DNA of 64,000 nt, from NCBI RefSeq assembly GCF_009914755.1, contig NC_060946.1. One strand, given 5' to 3'. Under the pieces are notes generated by a model, which was not told where the DNA came from, did no database searches, and was given only the letters and a program-made list of their open reading frames with translations. Position numbers and translations under genes: made by a program. Below, one piece after another: positions 45,201 to 62,691 of this stretch (its first letter is position 1; the number at the start of each line of letters is the position of its first letter). The DNA is from the human T2T-CHM13v2.0 reference genome, Homo sapiens.

Positions 45201-46164
45201 TTCTGGCTGTGATGCCAATGACCTGTGTCAGTGCCGGCACATGCTTTCTGAGTGCAGGCAGGTTCCTTGGTGCTAAGCCCTATTACCGTGAAATCAATCA
45301 ACTCCGTGCTCGGACCCTCCCAGGCACACCGTTTGAGAGCAGGCTTGGATTCAGTCTCCTATCAGTCTCTAGAGGAGTCCGGAAGTGGAATGGGGAGCTG
45401 AGGCTGCCATGTACGTCGGAGGCAGTACCCGATGGGGTGTGACTCTCTGTAGCTCCTCCAAGCACCTGGGGAGCAACATTTACATGCAGCCTCCTGAGAT
45501 CGCATGTTAGATGGAATCATATTTATTTCTTCCTTAGTCGGAGATTACACGGTGAAGTGGGAGAAGTGTGGACTTGCCCTCCCATCATGGCCATTTCTGG
45601 GCTGAGTGACATGGGACAAATCATCCAACTTCTCTCATGCTTATGGGAATGGGATGTCAGGAGGTTCAGTGTGGACTTGAACCGTGTGGGGCCTAGGGTG
45701 TGCCATTGAAAACAGAACCCTGCTCTGTTCCTAAGAGCATCGAGCATATTAAGCGATCCTGTCATCCCAAATCTGTTTTGTCGGAGGCCTCCTTGGTGAA
45801 GGGCCACAGCATCTGAGGTGGAAGGCAGAGTAGTTTTTGTAATTGGCTCCATTGCATGTCAACAAATGAAAGGGTAACCGAGACTGACAGTCCCCTAGCT
45901 GTGGGGGGACCTTGTCCAGAACCTGTCACAGGACGAAAGCTCTAGGATTGGAGGCAAGGTGGCCTCATGGGCCTGGGAAGCAGGCTGCCTGGATTTGAAC
46001 AATGTCTCCATCCTCACTCCCATGGAACCTTGGCCAAGCCTCTTAACACTTTTCTGAGCCTCAGTTTCTTCACCTGGAAAATGGGGCTAGCAATATTCTC
46101 TTGAAGGCAGCTTTGTGGCTGGTGTGTTGATAACAGGTTCTGCTTCCTATGGACTCATTGCTAT

Positions 46165-46166
<2 letters not shown>

Positions 46167-46198
<32 letters not shown>

Positions 46199-46482
46199 CA
46201 GACGGAGTCTCCCTCTGTCACCCAGGCTGGAGTGCAGTGGCATGATCTCAGCTCACTGCAAGCTCCACCTCCCAGGTCAAGCAATTCTCCTGCCTCAGCC
46301 TCCCTAGTAGCTGGGATTATAGGCACACACCACCAAACCTGGCCAATTTTTTTTGTATTTTTAGTAGAGATGGGGTTTTGCCATGTTGGCCAGGCTGGTC
46401 TCGAACTCCTGACCTCAGATGATCCTCCTGCCTCGTCCTCCCAAAGTGCTGGGATTACAGGTGTGAGCCACTGTACCTGGCT
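46167..46482 (-). mobile_element. Alu (AluS), flanked by MIR relics
   Basis: Perfect 16-bp TSD gactcattgctattct. Confidence 0.95.
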
Positions 46483-49429
46483 GACTCATTGCTATTCTAA
46501 GCCATCTTGTGAAGCGGTTACAGCGATCACATCCTCACTTGACAGATGGGAAAACTGAGGTGCAGAGCGATCAGTGATCTGCCAGTTCATTCACTCCTTC
46601 ATCCCATTTTCTGACCTGACCCCTGCTTCCTTCTCTTCTCTTATCTGCCACCCACCCACACATTGAAATCATGACATGAATTACACACCTGTCCCCAAAC
46701 TCGCCAGGCTAACTCAGGCCTCTGCCTTTGCATTCCCTCTGCCTGTAAGGTCTGTCTCCTTCTCTGTGCCTGACTCAGCTGTGTGTGTTCTTTAAGGCTC
46801 AACTCAGGTGCCTCCTCCTCCAGGAAGACTTCCCTCCTAAGCACTATCGGTAGGTTCTCCTTTAGCCTGGGCTTACCTATACCTGAGTGTGTTCACCTAC
46901 ATAATAATCGCGGAGTAAACTGACTCCACATTTTCTGTCTCCTGGGCACCGTGCATGCCCCTTACAAACACTCTTTCGTTCAGTTTGCCCTACAACTCAT
47001 CAACGTAGATGTTATTTTTTTCTGTGTCACGGTTGAGGAGCCGGGATTTGAACTCAGATGAGTCCTTTTTAGCTCTCCATGGGACACCTGGTTATGCACT
47101 TCTTTTTACTCATCTCTTTTACTGGACCTTGGCGTAGTTATCTCTGTATCACTGGGGCCCTGCACCACACAGGGAATCAAATAATAGTTGTTGAATGAAA
47201 CTTGAACACTCACGATATGTTTCTAGAATAATAAGAGTTAAAAAAAAAAGAGAGAGAGAGAGACAGAACTCAGTGAAGTATCTCAGGATCCCATCCTCCT
47301 CCATGGTTTAAGATAAGTTCTCATTAGGAGCCCAAGCCCTTTGAGAGGAGACCCTTGCCCAAGTCGGTCTACGGGTGGGTGCCTGGTCCGGTGCCTGGCA
47401 TGGAGGACGTGCTCAGAAAACACGGATTTGACCAGTAGCTGTTTTTCCCCTTTGAGCGTGATCACTTAGGGAGTTCTGCTTTTTGTGAACCAAGACTACT
47501 TGGGGATCTCCGAGTCAAAAGGTCTTTGGTTTTCGCCAAGGGGTACTTCGAGGAAAGGGCCACCCCTACCCTCTATACTCAGGGAAATTGGATTTCTGAT
47601 GACTGCTGCACACACAAGCAAGCAATAAAATGACAAAGCAATATTAAAGTTCAAGCGCTCAGCATACCCATCTTCTCCAGGCATCCTGAGTTTTTTTCTT
47701 TTTAGAGCAAAACCCTGCAATATTAATAAATGACAGAGAGAGAAGGATAGAAAAACGACTCTTTCCCTTTGACATGGTGAAGATCACAGGAACTAGAGGG
47801 ACCTTTAATCTTTATTAATGCGTCGCGAGGGGGCCTCTCCCACAAGCTGTGGGAAGCAGACATCCAAAGAGTTTGCAACGCTCGCAGAGTCCTCAGCATC
47901 CCTGGGCGCCTCAGATGACTGCCTGGTACTGTTCAGAGTCTAGCAGGACCGCGTCATGGGGACCCGCTGTGTCCTGGGCAAGAACAAGGCAGCCCTAACC
48001 CAGCTCCCATCTGTGGGGGGCTGGAAGACAGGGAAATTCAGGACACAGGCCTCGATCACATGGGCCTGTTTCTAACCAAGGGCACCGATGCCCTGAAGAG
48101 GCTCGGAAGGAACCAGGCTGTCGGTTGCAGGGACGAGCACAAATCATGGCTAGGAGGGAACATACCTGAGTTCATTAAGGAGCACAACCAATAATGAGCA
48201 CCTTTGTTTTTATACCTTGCTGCTCCCCTCTGGACCACATGGCTAAATGCATCTTCCCACCCTTCCTCCCCTATGGCTGGACATTACATGAGGGTGGCTG
48301 GCAAAACCTATATTATGCAAGCCTAATTCCACTGACTTAGTGAGTCAGGAATTGCAAGGTACATATAGGGGAGAGGAACATAACTGAAACGTTTATAGTA
48401 AGGATTTAAGAGCCAAGAGGGTCAGACACACACACACACCCATACACACACGCACAGAATGAGAAATGGAGAGGCATATTTTGACATTCTTCCATTCATC
48501 TCTCTGCCTATTCATTCATTCAAAAATGCTTATTGATCGCCTACTCGATGAGACGCACTGTTCTAGCCACTGGGGCTCCAGCAGTGAACAGGATGAGCAA
48601 GGTCCTTGTTTCTCTAAAGCTTACGCTCATTCCACTCGAGAGCGTCCCTGGGTGCCAGGCCCAGCACAGGGTTAATCACACTAAGGATGCATTATAATGC
48701 AAAGAGGATGGACACCACCTACACCCCTTTCCGGGCTAGGGATCTAAATGCCAGGGAGATCAACCTGTCCAAGACCTCACACTGGGTTGTGGACCTGGAA
48801 TCTGAAGCTAGATTTGAGGCCGACTGTCTTTCTACTCACTGCTCAAAGCCGACTAACAAACCCGAGCTGAGAGCGGTGGTGCAGTTGGGGAGGAAGCATC
48901 TAGCTGAAGTGTGCTCAAATAAGGCATCGTCTAATTCGATTATGCTTGCTAGACTGCAATGTAATAAAACAGAGTTTTCATATAAGCATCATCTCCTAAT
49001 GTTTACAGAACAAGGAAGCAAAATTAAGAGAGGAATTTCCAGGGAGAAAAGCATGTGTTTTAGGCTGATGTAAAGAGAATAGACCCAGAAAACATTGATT
49101 TTTGAGTTTACAACTCAGCTCTGACGAGGGGGTGCCTGGTGGATTGGGAGGGTAGGACCCCATGAAGGGCCAGGCTGGTGCCCAGAGGAAGCTGGCGAGA
49201 GTGGGAGGGCCTGCTAGAAGGACCTCAGGATGGAGGAGAGAGGCTGACAGGGAGAGGCTTGTTAACAGGAAAGAGGGCTGGTGAAGGCAGGCCACAGAAG
49301 ACTTGGGCAGCCTGTAGGATTTATTTCCCACACCTCCTTGCTCCTCTCCAAGCCTCCAGCTTCTCTTCCCAGTGTCTGCCTTTCACATGCAGCCAGAATG
49401 ACTTTTCTAGCAAAGTAGAGCCTGATGAC

Positions 49430-49670
49430 GAGTGTGTGGGCCCTGGAGTCAAGCTGCCTGGGTTCGAAGCCTGCTCTGTTCCTTCCTATGTTGTGTGACC
49501 CTGGGCAGTTTACTTAACCCTTCTAGACGTCCCTTTCCTCATCTCCAAGTGCGGATTGAAGTAGTGCCAGACTCATAGGGTTGTCACGAGGATTGATGGC
49601 CAATGTGCATGAAGCAAGTACACAGTGCCTGGCACATAGTAAATGCTCAGTTAGCGTGAGCTGCTTTCAT
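49430..49670 (+). mobile_element. MIR
   Basis: 'gtgtgaccctgggcagtttacttaaccc...acagtgcctggcacatagtaaatgctca'. Confidence 0.85.
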
Positions 49671-49717
49671 TATTTTAAATCTGCTCAGACTACTCCCCTT
49701 TTTAAAACCCATGAGTG

Positions 49718-50930
<1,213 letters not shown>

Positions 50931-51066
50931 AAACCTATGAGTGGAGGCTCTTCACTGCCTTCAGAGGGAACCATACTTCCTAACTTCCTAGCCTGGCATT
51001 CAAGGTCTCTGTGGCTCTTCTAGTTTCTCTATCACGGCCACCTCTCTCCATCCTGTCCCCCACTAG

Positions 51067-51453
<387 letters not shown>

Positions 51454-52493
51454 TGGGATCCACTTTTAAGACTCAGCTCCCACCTTGGAGAGAACTTTCC
51501 TCACCGTTGTCCACCCTGGAACTCACCACTTCTTCTTTTGCGCTGCACTGAGCCCCTCTCTGGGTTTTGGCCCTAACCCCTCTTGATTTTATGCTCTGAG
51601 CTGTTTATACAGCTGTTCAGCCCACTGGACAGTGAGGGCCATGCCTTGCACTTTCTGACCACCCCCCACTCCAGGCCAGCCCAATACTTTGCACCGAACC
51701 TCAGTGAGTAGCTGCTGAATGGATTTGGCTCTCAGAAAAGGAGGAAGCACAGGCTGGATGGGGACTTATGACCTGTTATTATTACAAAGTAAGCATATGC
51801 CTAGGTGATGGGAGATACGGAACCCACGGGGAACTTTGAAAGGCCGTTTGGTTTATTTCCCTGGTGAAAAACCCTTTGAGACAAAGAGCCTGGGGAGGGA
51901 AAGCTACATTTCGCCTTCATGTCGCCTCTGAACAGAGAGGCATAAAGCAAGGGTTCGTGTTTCTCCTTCGAGAAATTAGGTCACTGGGTGTCGTTAAGTG
52001 TGCCTGACAGAGCTATGCTAATCAGTTCTCTTCTGGCCTAAATATCTGGTAATTACCTTGGTTTTTCGCTTTGCCAGACTCGGCTTCCTAAAACAGTTCA
52101 TCCACGCTGTTACTTCTTGGCTCAAAATCTTCAAGGATAATGTTCACCACCACCATCAAACAGCAAGCACACCCTGCTCTTGCCTCATGCTGGGCGCTGT
52201 TCTAAGCATTTTACCTGCATGAACTCTTCAGATACCGCCACAGTCTCTGAGGCAGGTGATACTATTAGGTCCATTTCAAAGGGGAGGGAATGGAGGCTCA
52301 CTGCTTTCCGGGGCCTGCAGCTCCGCATCCTGATGCCTCTGCCGGGCTCTCGGCTCCTCTCTCCCTCCTTATCCTTGTTTCTGACTCCTGGCTGTCAGTC
52401 CTCACCATGATCATGCACGGCCCGTGCCTCCCAGGACAAGCCAGAGCTTCAGGCGATCCAGGTTCCCTGCCTTCTCCCATGTACCTCCCCATC

Positions 52494-53323
<830 letters not shown>

Positions 53324-53397
53324 CCACCCACCCTAGAATGCCTGCCTGCGTCAGTTCTGTATCTCCCAGACATCCTTGAAGGCATGTCTTGTGTCTA

Positions 53398-53742
<345 letters not shown>

Positions 53743-53900
53743 ATCTTCTCTGAACTCCTGATGCACTTGGAGTCCAAACCACCCGCTTGAATGTTTGGCT
53801 TCTCAGTGATTGTGTGTTTGTGCATGTACGCGCATGAGTGTGTGTGCTCATGTCAGCACTCTCTTTCCATAGTTAATCGTTTTTCTTTTCTCTTCATTAA

Positions 53901-54216
<316 letters not shown>

Positions 54217-54802
54217 TTCTTTCCATATTTAGATTATGAATGATTTGAATGCCAGGATCCAATTCTCTCTGTGCCTCAGCCCTGATCTAACTAACTATAA
54301 GATTCCCCTTACAAACTTCATTCATTCAAAACATCGACAGCAGACATTTAGTAAACTTTTTACTGTGTGCCAGATACTGTGAGCAGCGTTGGATGCTGGG
54401 CTAGATGCAGATGGGCAGCTGGCTAAAGGGCAAATATGAAAAGAGAATTCAGGAAAAACCAGTAGATTAGGGCCAGTTCATTTTTTGAAACCCAATTCTC
54501 CATCATCCCAGCTTTTGGGACCTAACAAGTTATGCTGTTAATTACAAACAAAATGAAATATAAAATATAAATATAGATGATAGCTTAGCATCTTTGGGCT
54601 GATTGGCTTGTTTGGAAGGGTCTATTTTAGAATTTGTATCTTTATAAACTGACAGTCTCTCTGGGCTGTTATAAAAGTATTGATTATCATGATAGCCAAA
54701 AAAATTGAGCTTTTGTGGTAGGCTTTACTTAAAATGTATATAACACTGCACCTCCAGGGCAGTGTTCTAGAAGCCAGGAAGTGGCTCTGGTAGGGCTACC
54801 TG

Positions 54803-55010
54803 TTTTTTGTTTTTTTGTGTGTTTTGTTTTTGTTTTTTTGTTTTGTTTTGTTTTTTGAGACTGGATCCCTCTGTTGCCCAGGCTGGAGTGCAGAGGCATG
54901 ACCTTGGCTGACTGCAATCTCAACCTCCCGGGCTCAAGCGATCCTCCCACCTCAGTCCCTCAAGTAGCTGAGACTACAGGGGAACATCACTGCACTCTGC
55001 TAATTTTTTA
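54803..55010 (-). mobile_element. AluJ right arm only, (GTTTT)n tail
   Basis: Ends at the linker 'gctaattttttaaa'. Confidence 0.85.
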
Positions 55011-55031
55011 AATTAGCCTCATCATACCTAG

Positions 55032-55421
<390 letters not shown>

Positions 55422-56310
55422 AATCTCTTTATTTCCGAAGTTCTAAAATTATATACTTAGAAAGAAATGCTTTAACCTTGTAGTAATACATTCTCTTTAA
55501 GGTCAGGAATAAATAAGTAAAAATTAATCTGACAATCTTGAAGCAGGCTGAAAAATATCACTCTGTACTCCCCTTGGATTTGACTCCCAGAATTGTTCCA
55601 CTCATTGACAGCTGATTGGCTTAAATAATTCATCCCCTTTCGTGAGGCCTATTGCTTCAAATTGGTATGTGCTTGATGAGGGCTGTGACTGACGGGTGAC
55701 TGCAAGCTGAAATGCTCCACCGCACAAGCCGAGAGAGGCTCGAAACAGTTACCCAGTGTCTTAAGGCAAATCTGGGCGTTAGGATCTCATTCTTTTGCAA
55801 AGCACTGAATCGCCAACAAACAATTTTTTTGGATACTCTGACCATCTGTGCATTCCCGACCTTCCTGTTGACTGAAGGGAGAGGGTTGACCACGTTTCCC
55901 AGGACACCCAGAGGCATCTGTGTTCTAAGTTACAGGCCTGGCTGGAAGCTGCTTGCTACAAGAGTCTGCACGGGGCCTCTGCCTCCTCGATCTCTGTGGC
56001 AGAGCTTTCACCTCCTTTTCAGGCAACCCAAAATTTGGGGACTCAGATCTCTTTCTGTCACAGGGGGACATTTTGCTAGGAAGAAAAATGGCCAGGCTTT
56101 TAGAAGAGAAGAGAGAAGAGGTGTATTCTTGGGGATAAGAGGTTAGAGATTAGGACTGAGGATAGGAACAGGTAAGACGGGTAACTTTCAGCAAAAGGCA
56201 ATAAAGAAAGGGAAGAAGAAACACATCACATTCTCAGACAGGGTAAAGATATCTCCTCAGACCCACGGCAAGAGGTGAACATGGACCTTGGTGTGCTGGG
56301 GTTGCTATAG

Positions 56311-56652
<342 letters not shown>

Positions 56653-57148
56653 GAATAGGGGTGGTAGGGAAGGCCAAGAGCAAGAGGAAACCGGGAAACC
56701 ACAGGCACTGAGGATTCTCACACAGGATGACTTCAATGAGGCTTTTGCTGAGAACAGCTACTCTAATGAGCTGGATCTTAAGAAGTCGGATTCCCCCAGC
56801 TTCTCGGAGTGACCTTGAACCTGGGAGCACTTTCCGTTCTCCTCCAGTTCTCAGTTCACGAGGTCCGTTCTCCTTCTCCAGGATCCCTGCAAAGCCCATT
56901 CTTCCCAAGGCATCACCAACCACCACTGGACATGATTCAACTCCCCACATAAACACCCCACCCAGGCCCACTGAATCCCATTCCGTACTTTAGTCACATG
57001 CCAGCTGATTTGTGCATCCCAAAGTTTGAGAAGCAAATGAGAACTGGAAGCTTCTTGGGCTAAGGATGGCATCTGCCTTGCAGCTGTTTCTATCTCCAGG
57101 CACAGGGCTGGGCCCATCATGGGACTTGCGTAGTTATGTGTTGAAGGA

Positions 57149-57449
57149 GGCTGGGCACAGTGGCTCACGCCTGTAACCTCAGCATGTTGGGAGGCCAAGG
57201 CAAGTGGATTGCTTGAGTCCAGGAGTTCGAGATCAGCCTGGGCAACAAGGCAAAACCCTGTCTCTACAAAAAACACAAAAATTAGCTGGGCATGGTGGTG
57301 CATGCCTGTAGTCCCAGCTACTCAGGAGGCTGAGATGGGAGGATCACTTGAACCCAGGAAGTGGAGGCTGCAGTGAGCCAGGATTGTGCCACTGCACTCC
57401 AGCCTGGGTGACAGAGTGAGACCCTGTCTCCAAATATAAAAAAACAAAA
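57149..57449 (+). mobile_element. AluJ
   Basis: 13-bp TSD atgtgttgaagga. Confidence 0.95.
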
Positions 57450-57972
57450 TGTGTTGAAGGACTGAAGGAATGAATCTCCCAGAAAGCAAAGACAGCAAGG
57501 CGGGAAATGGGTCCAGCAAAAGAGAAGAAGGCAATTGATCAAGCTGAGTAGGCAGCAAGGATTAGGAAAAGATGGAGAAGATTGGAAATCGAATTCTCTG
57601 AACTCTAATAACATCGGAACTATCAGTAAACCTTTGTGGATGGTACCTTGCCTATGAAGAAAACACCTCGCAGAACATACACATTGATTTCTTTTATGAA
57701 TTCTTAAATGTTGTGAAAATGGTGCCTCCATGGAGGGGCTACTTCAGTGCAAAGCACCATCAGGGGCACCGCAGGCAGGAGAGGTGGCAGGAGAGAGGAC
57801 AAGGAGGAGGTCTGGGCAGTGTATGCTGGCAGGGAACGAGCGATGGGAGGCTGCCCCTTCACCACACTCGCTGCTGCTGAGAGCCAGAGCAGAGGACCGC
57901 AGGTAGGAGAGAGGGGCTTCGGCCTCTCTCTTCAGAGGTTCCTGCCTTGATATGAGGCCCTCACGTGGACAG

Positions 57973-58033
57973 AGCACTTTACAGTTTACAAAGTACTTTA
58001 CAGTTTATGAAGCACTTTACAGTTTATGAAGCA
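57973..58033. repeat. 19-bp tandem repeat x3.2 (AGCACTTTACAGTTTATGA consensus)
   Basis: Units at 57973, 57992, 58011. Confidence 0.9.
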
Positions 58034-58492
58034 TGAGTTATCACGAGTCAGCTCTACTTGTCACTTCCAGGAAGTGAAAACACTCAGGCAGGCAGGAGAG
58101 GCAGCAATGTGCGTCAGGAGTGGGGACGTGCCTTTAATTGAGGGCGGCCGGGGTGATTTGGTAACGGGGTCCCCTGTGACTCTCTCTCGATAGCACGCAA
58201 TCGCTGGTGTGCCGCGGGCAGCCGTCCCTCCCGCATGATCAAGTAAGACACAGGCCTGGTGGTGCCCATGCTTGGCCAAGTCAGCCCTGGCCATTGAAGA
58301 GGTTGCCTAGTTGGGCCCCCACCCTGCTGAAGGCTGCAGGATGATGCTGGTCCCAGCTGACGGTGCCATGTGGTGGGCTCAGAGCCAGCCTGCACTCTTG
58401 GCTCCACCACCCCTGAGAAGGGACAGGGGTGACCATGGGAAAGCAACTTCACCTCTCCCACCTCCCACTTCCTCAGCATGGACTGGAGATAA

Positions 58493-59260
<768 letters not shown>

Positions 59261-59264
59261 ATTA

Positions 59265-59548
59265 CTTTTTGGGACAGGGTTGCCCAGGCCGAATGCAGTG
59301 TTGTGATCACGGCTCACTGCAACCTCAACCTCTCAGGCTCAGGTGATCCTCCTGCCTCAACTTTCAGAGTAGTTGGGACTACAGGCATGTACCACCATAC
59401 CCAGCTATTTTTTTTCTTTTTCTTTTTTTTGTAGAGATGCAGTCTCACTCTGTTGCCCAGGCTGGTCTTGAATTCTTGGACACAAGCGATCTTCCCGCCT
59501 CGGTCCCCAAAGTGATGGGATTACAGGCATGAGCCACCATGCCTGGCT
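59265..59548 (-). mobile_element. AluJ
   Basis: Reverse dimer; TSD g(a/g)taatttat. Confidence 0.9.
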
Positions 59549-61135
59549 TAAATAAGGTAATTTATGAGGTGGGTGACCAATTAAAAAAAATATGAGTGCT
59601 CTCCCCTGTTCTCCTTTCCTGACCCAATAGTCAAGCTCTGGTCAGTTTCCAAAGCCAAGTGGGAGTGGATTCCATCCTGCAATACACATAGTTCTCCTTT
59701 TATGTCGACTTTTCTCAAAGAACTGGGAGCACTTCCAAGATGGCAAGTCTCATATGGGTAACGATCCTGGGAACTATGTCCCATTCAACAGCCACAGAGC
59801 CTGCTGGGCTATGTTAAATTTCCAATGTCACCCCACCAGGGGACGGCATGGTCTGTCCTGGCAGTGTCAGGGCACTGGAGGGCCCAGCTCACAGCTCCCC
59901 ATCTCCGTGCCTCTCTCCTGCCTCCAGCCTGTTAACCTGTTATCGTAGTATCCCACTTTCATCCCTTCTCACTTTCTGTAGGGAGGTATTGAGAAAGAGA
60001 GAGAAGGAAGAAAAGAAAGGCTGATTTTACTACTCAAGTACTACCACTAGTGACAGCAACTATCAACAACAATAGGAAAGTGATTATAGCACCCACTGTT
60101 TGACAGGCTCCACCATGACAGCCCTGTCTGTGCTAAGGTATTGAAGCCTCATGATGACCCTATGAGGTTAGCATGGCTGCCATCCTGAATTTGTAGAGGG
60201 AAAGTAGATTTGTGGCCACAGGGCTGGTGAGAAGTGATGTTTATACCGGTCACACCTGGCTCGTGTGACATCAAAGCCTCCTGTGTGGTCTCGCCCCACC
60301 CCTCGTGGAGCAGGCTCCCCACAGCGCTATCTCTTAGGAGGGCCAGCCTCCCAAATATCTCTTGGGGGTATTTGCTGCCCCAATATGGGTTTTCACAGAC
60401 ACATTTGATCTTGCTCTCTCTGTAGCTGTGACCACACACGTGTACTTTGCACTTTGACCTTTCTTTAAGTACCATTGACTTAGAAGTCCCTCTAAACCTG
60501 AATCTTAGCGGTGGCAGAAGATTATTCTCTGATTGGAACCATGGCCCTCTCTTTAGGAGAGTGGAACTTGCCACCTGGAACTAATGCAAATGACTACCAT
60601 CGATGGCGTACCCAGGATGCAGCTGGCACATAGCCCGGTACAGGATCTCACTTAAGTGCAATATCACTCATTTTGCAAATGAGAAATAGGAGGCTCAGAG
60701 AGGCTAAACAACTGGCCTAAGGTCACCAGCTGGCTCCTGTTTTAACTCGTTCAATTCTCAGAGCTGCCCTGCGAAGCCCAGGGCTTGGAACCTCAAGTCC
60801 ACACTACCTTCCTCGTGAGGCTGCTACGAGGCTCAACTTGCTACAGCTTTGCTGGCTGTGGCTCACTGTGAAAATGTCAGCATTTTCCTCTTCGTCTGTT
60901 TTACAGAGGTTTAGAGAGGTTAAGGGCCTTGACCAAGGTCACAACGCTCAGAAGCAGAAGAGGCAGACAGCCTCTAGCCCAGATTCTCTGCCTCCATATC
61001 CGGTGCTGTTCCCTCTACCCCACTGCCTGGGAACATCTGCTGGATCAGCCTCAGCGAATGCCCTGGAAAAATGGTAGGGACCTAATTTCCCTGAGCTGCC
61101 TGATGGAGCTTGCCTCTCTTTCTGCTTCTTCTAAT

Positions 61136-61138
<3 letters not shown>

Positions 61139-61176
<38 letters not shown>
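61139..61176. repeat. (GT)19 microsatellite
   Basis: Direct count. Confidence 0.95.
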
Positions 61177-61179
<3 letters not shown>

Positions 61180-62691
61180 AAAAATCTTTTGTCAGCAGCA
61201 AATTCATCTGAAATTGCAGCAAGAATAATACTTCGGTGTCACCTCTACTCTTCTCTGGTTCTAACAATCTTACAGTATCAAACAGCCCCTGCTTCAGAAG
61301 AAAAATAATAATGAATGACTTAAAATAACTCTGCTGAAGAAAATGAAGGTTTGATTTGAATTGCAGAGGGAACGACTCCCTTTTTGTCCCCCTCTCTCTT
61401 CATTTCCTGAAGAAGGCTTTCAGAATCTGCAAGATCCTTCTGCATTCAAAGATTCTGAGAGTCAAGAAAAACCAGGGCCAAATTATTTGATCTGAAAGTA
61501 TATTTATCCCCATCATTCCAAAATACCACCAAATATCACCTAAGGAATAGGAAGCATTGGTGTGTGTCCATCTCTATTCTTCTCTAAGAAGCCTTAAGCT
61601 TTCTCGGGTCCACGGGAAAGGATGCGGTTTCCCCACCACTGCACTGCCTGGATGGGTGTGTCTTCCTCTGGGGTGGGTCAGAGAGGTCCATATGCTACAG
61701 AAGCCTATTACAAGCTTATCTCATTAATCACAGTGATTCATGCCGATAAAAAGGAATTTTTGGGAGAATGCAGATTTAACCCATTGTGGCCTTATCGGAT
61801 CAGATTCATTATAACTCCATGCCTAGGTCCCCAAAGGAGATAGCAGGTCACGAGTGTATGCTTCAACAGAAACCCTCCTTAACCCACGTGGGCATAAATG
61901 AAGCTGAAATTACCAGAGAAATATACACTGGCATGTGTTGAGCCTGTGGTGCCGTTCAACCAAATGAAGTTCCATGGTTTAATATATTTCTCCATAGAGT
62001 GTCACAGCAGACAAGGTTGTGAATTGCACATTCCAGTTTTGCTCTTTGAAGATAGTTCTATTCAACCAAGTAGCCAATAGGAGTTCAGCTGATTAATAAA
62101 AGTACATTCTTTTTAAGTATAATTTTGAGTATTGTTGTGGTTTGACTGCCCCATGATTGCAAAGATTTCAACAAAGCCAGCTTGGAAGCTGCTAAAATGA
62201 ACTTATTACTCAGCTTTTATTTACAAAATGTATTTTGAGGCTTCAAGTGTTGCAGAGATGCCAATGGTCGCAAAGGAGAGAGAATTGGTATTGAATCTGG
62301 TGGTATGCTGAAACCCCAAGGGAGGGCAGCTGCTCACCAGCCTGGCATTCTAGGTAAAATGAGGCCACGTAAAATGATGGAATGGTTATCTTCCCAAACG
62401 CCAATTTGTGTTGGTTTGCAAAGTGCTGAAGAATGAATGACACCCCGTCCTGGCTGAAATTTATGTCACACAATTTGGGGTAGGAGGAGGAAAGCCTATT
62501 TTCAGTCTAATGTTACAAGGGGAGACAGCAAGTCAATGGAATTAGGAGGAAATGGCCAGAACCTAGTAGCTCAATTTTTAACCCCAGGGTGAATCAAAGC
62601 AGCTTCCCCATTCCCCTTCCTCTCTGACCTTAGGGATCAGCCCACTCTCTCTATTACCTTCTACTACCCTCTCTCTACACACATTCACATT

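Noticed and set aside
59836-59850. CTCF-like motif CCACCAGGGGACGG (also ACACCAGGTGGCT near 2299)
   Set aside because: Mismatches at informative positions; cannot be supported without a PWM scan or ChIP data.
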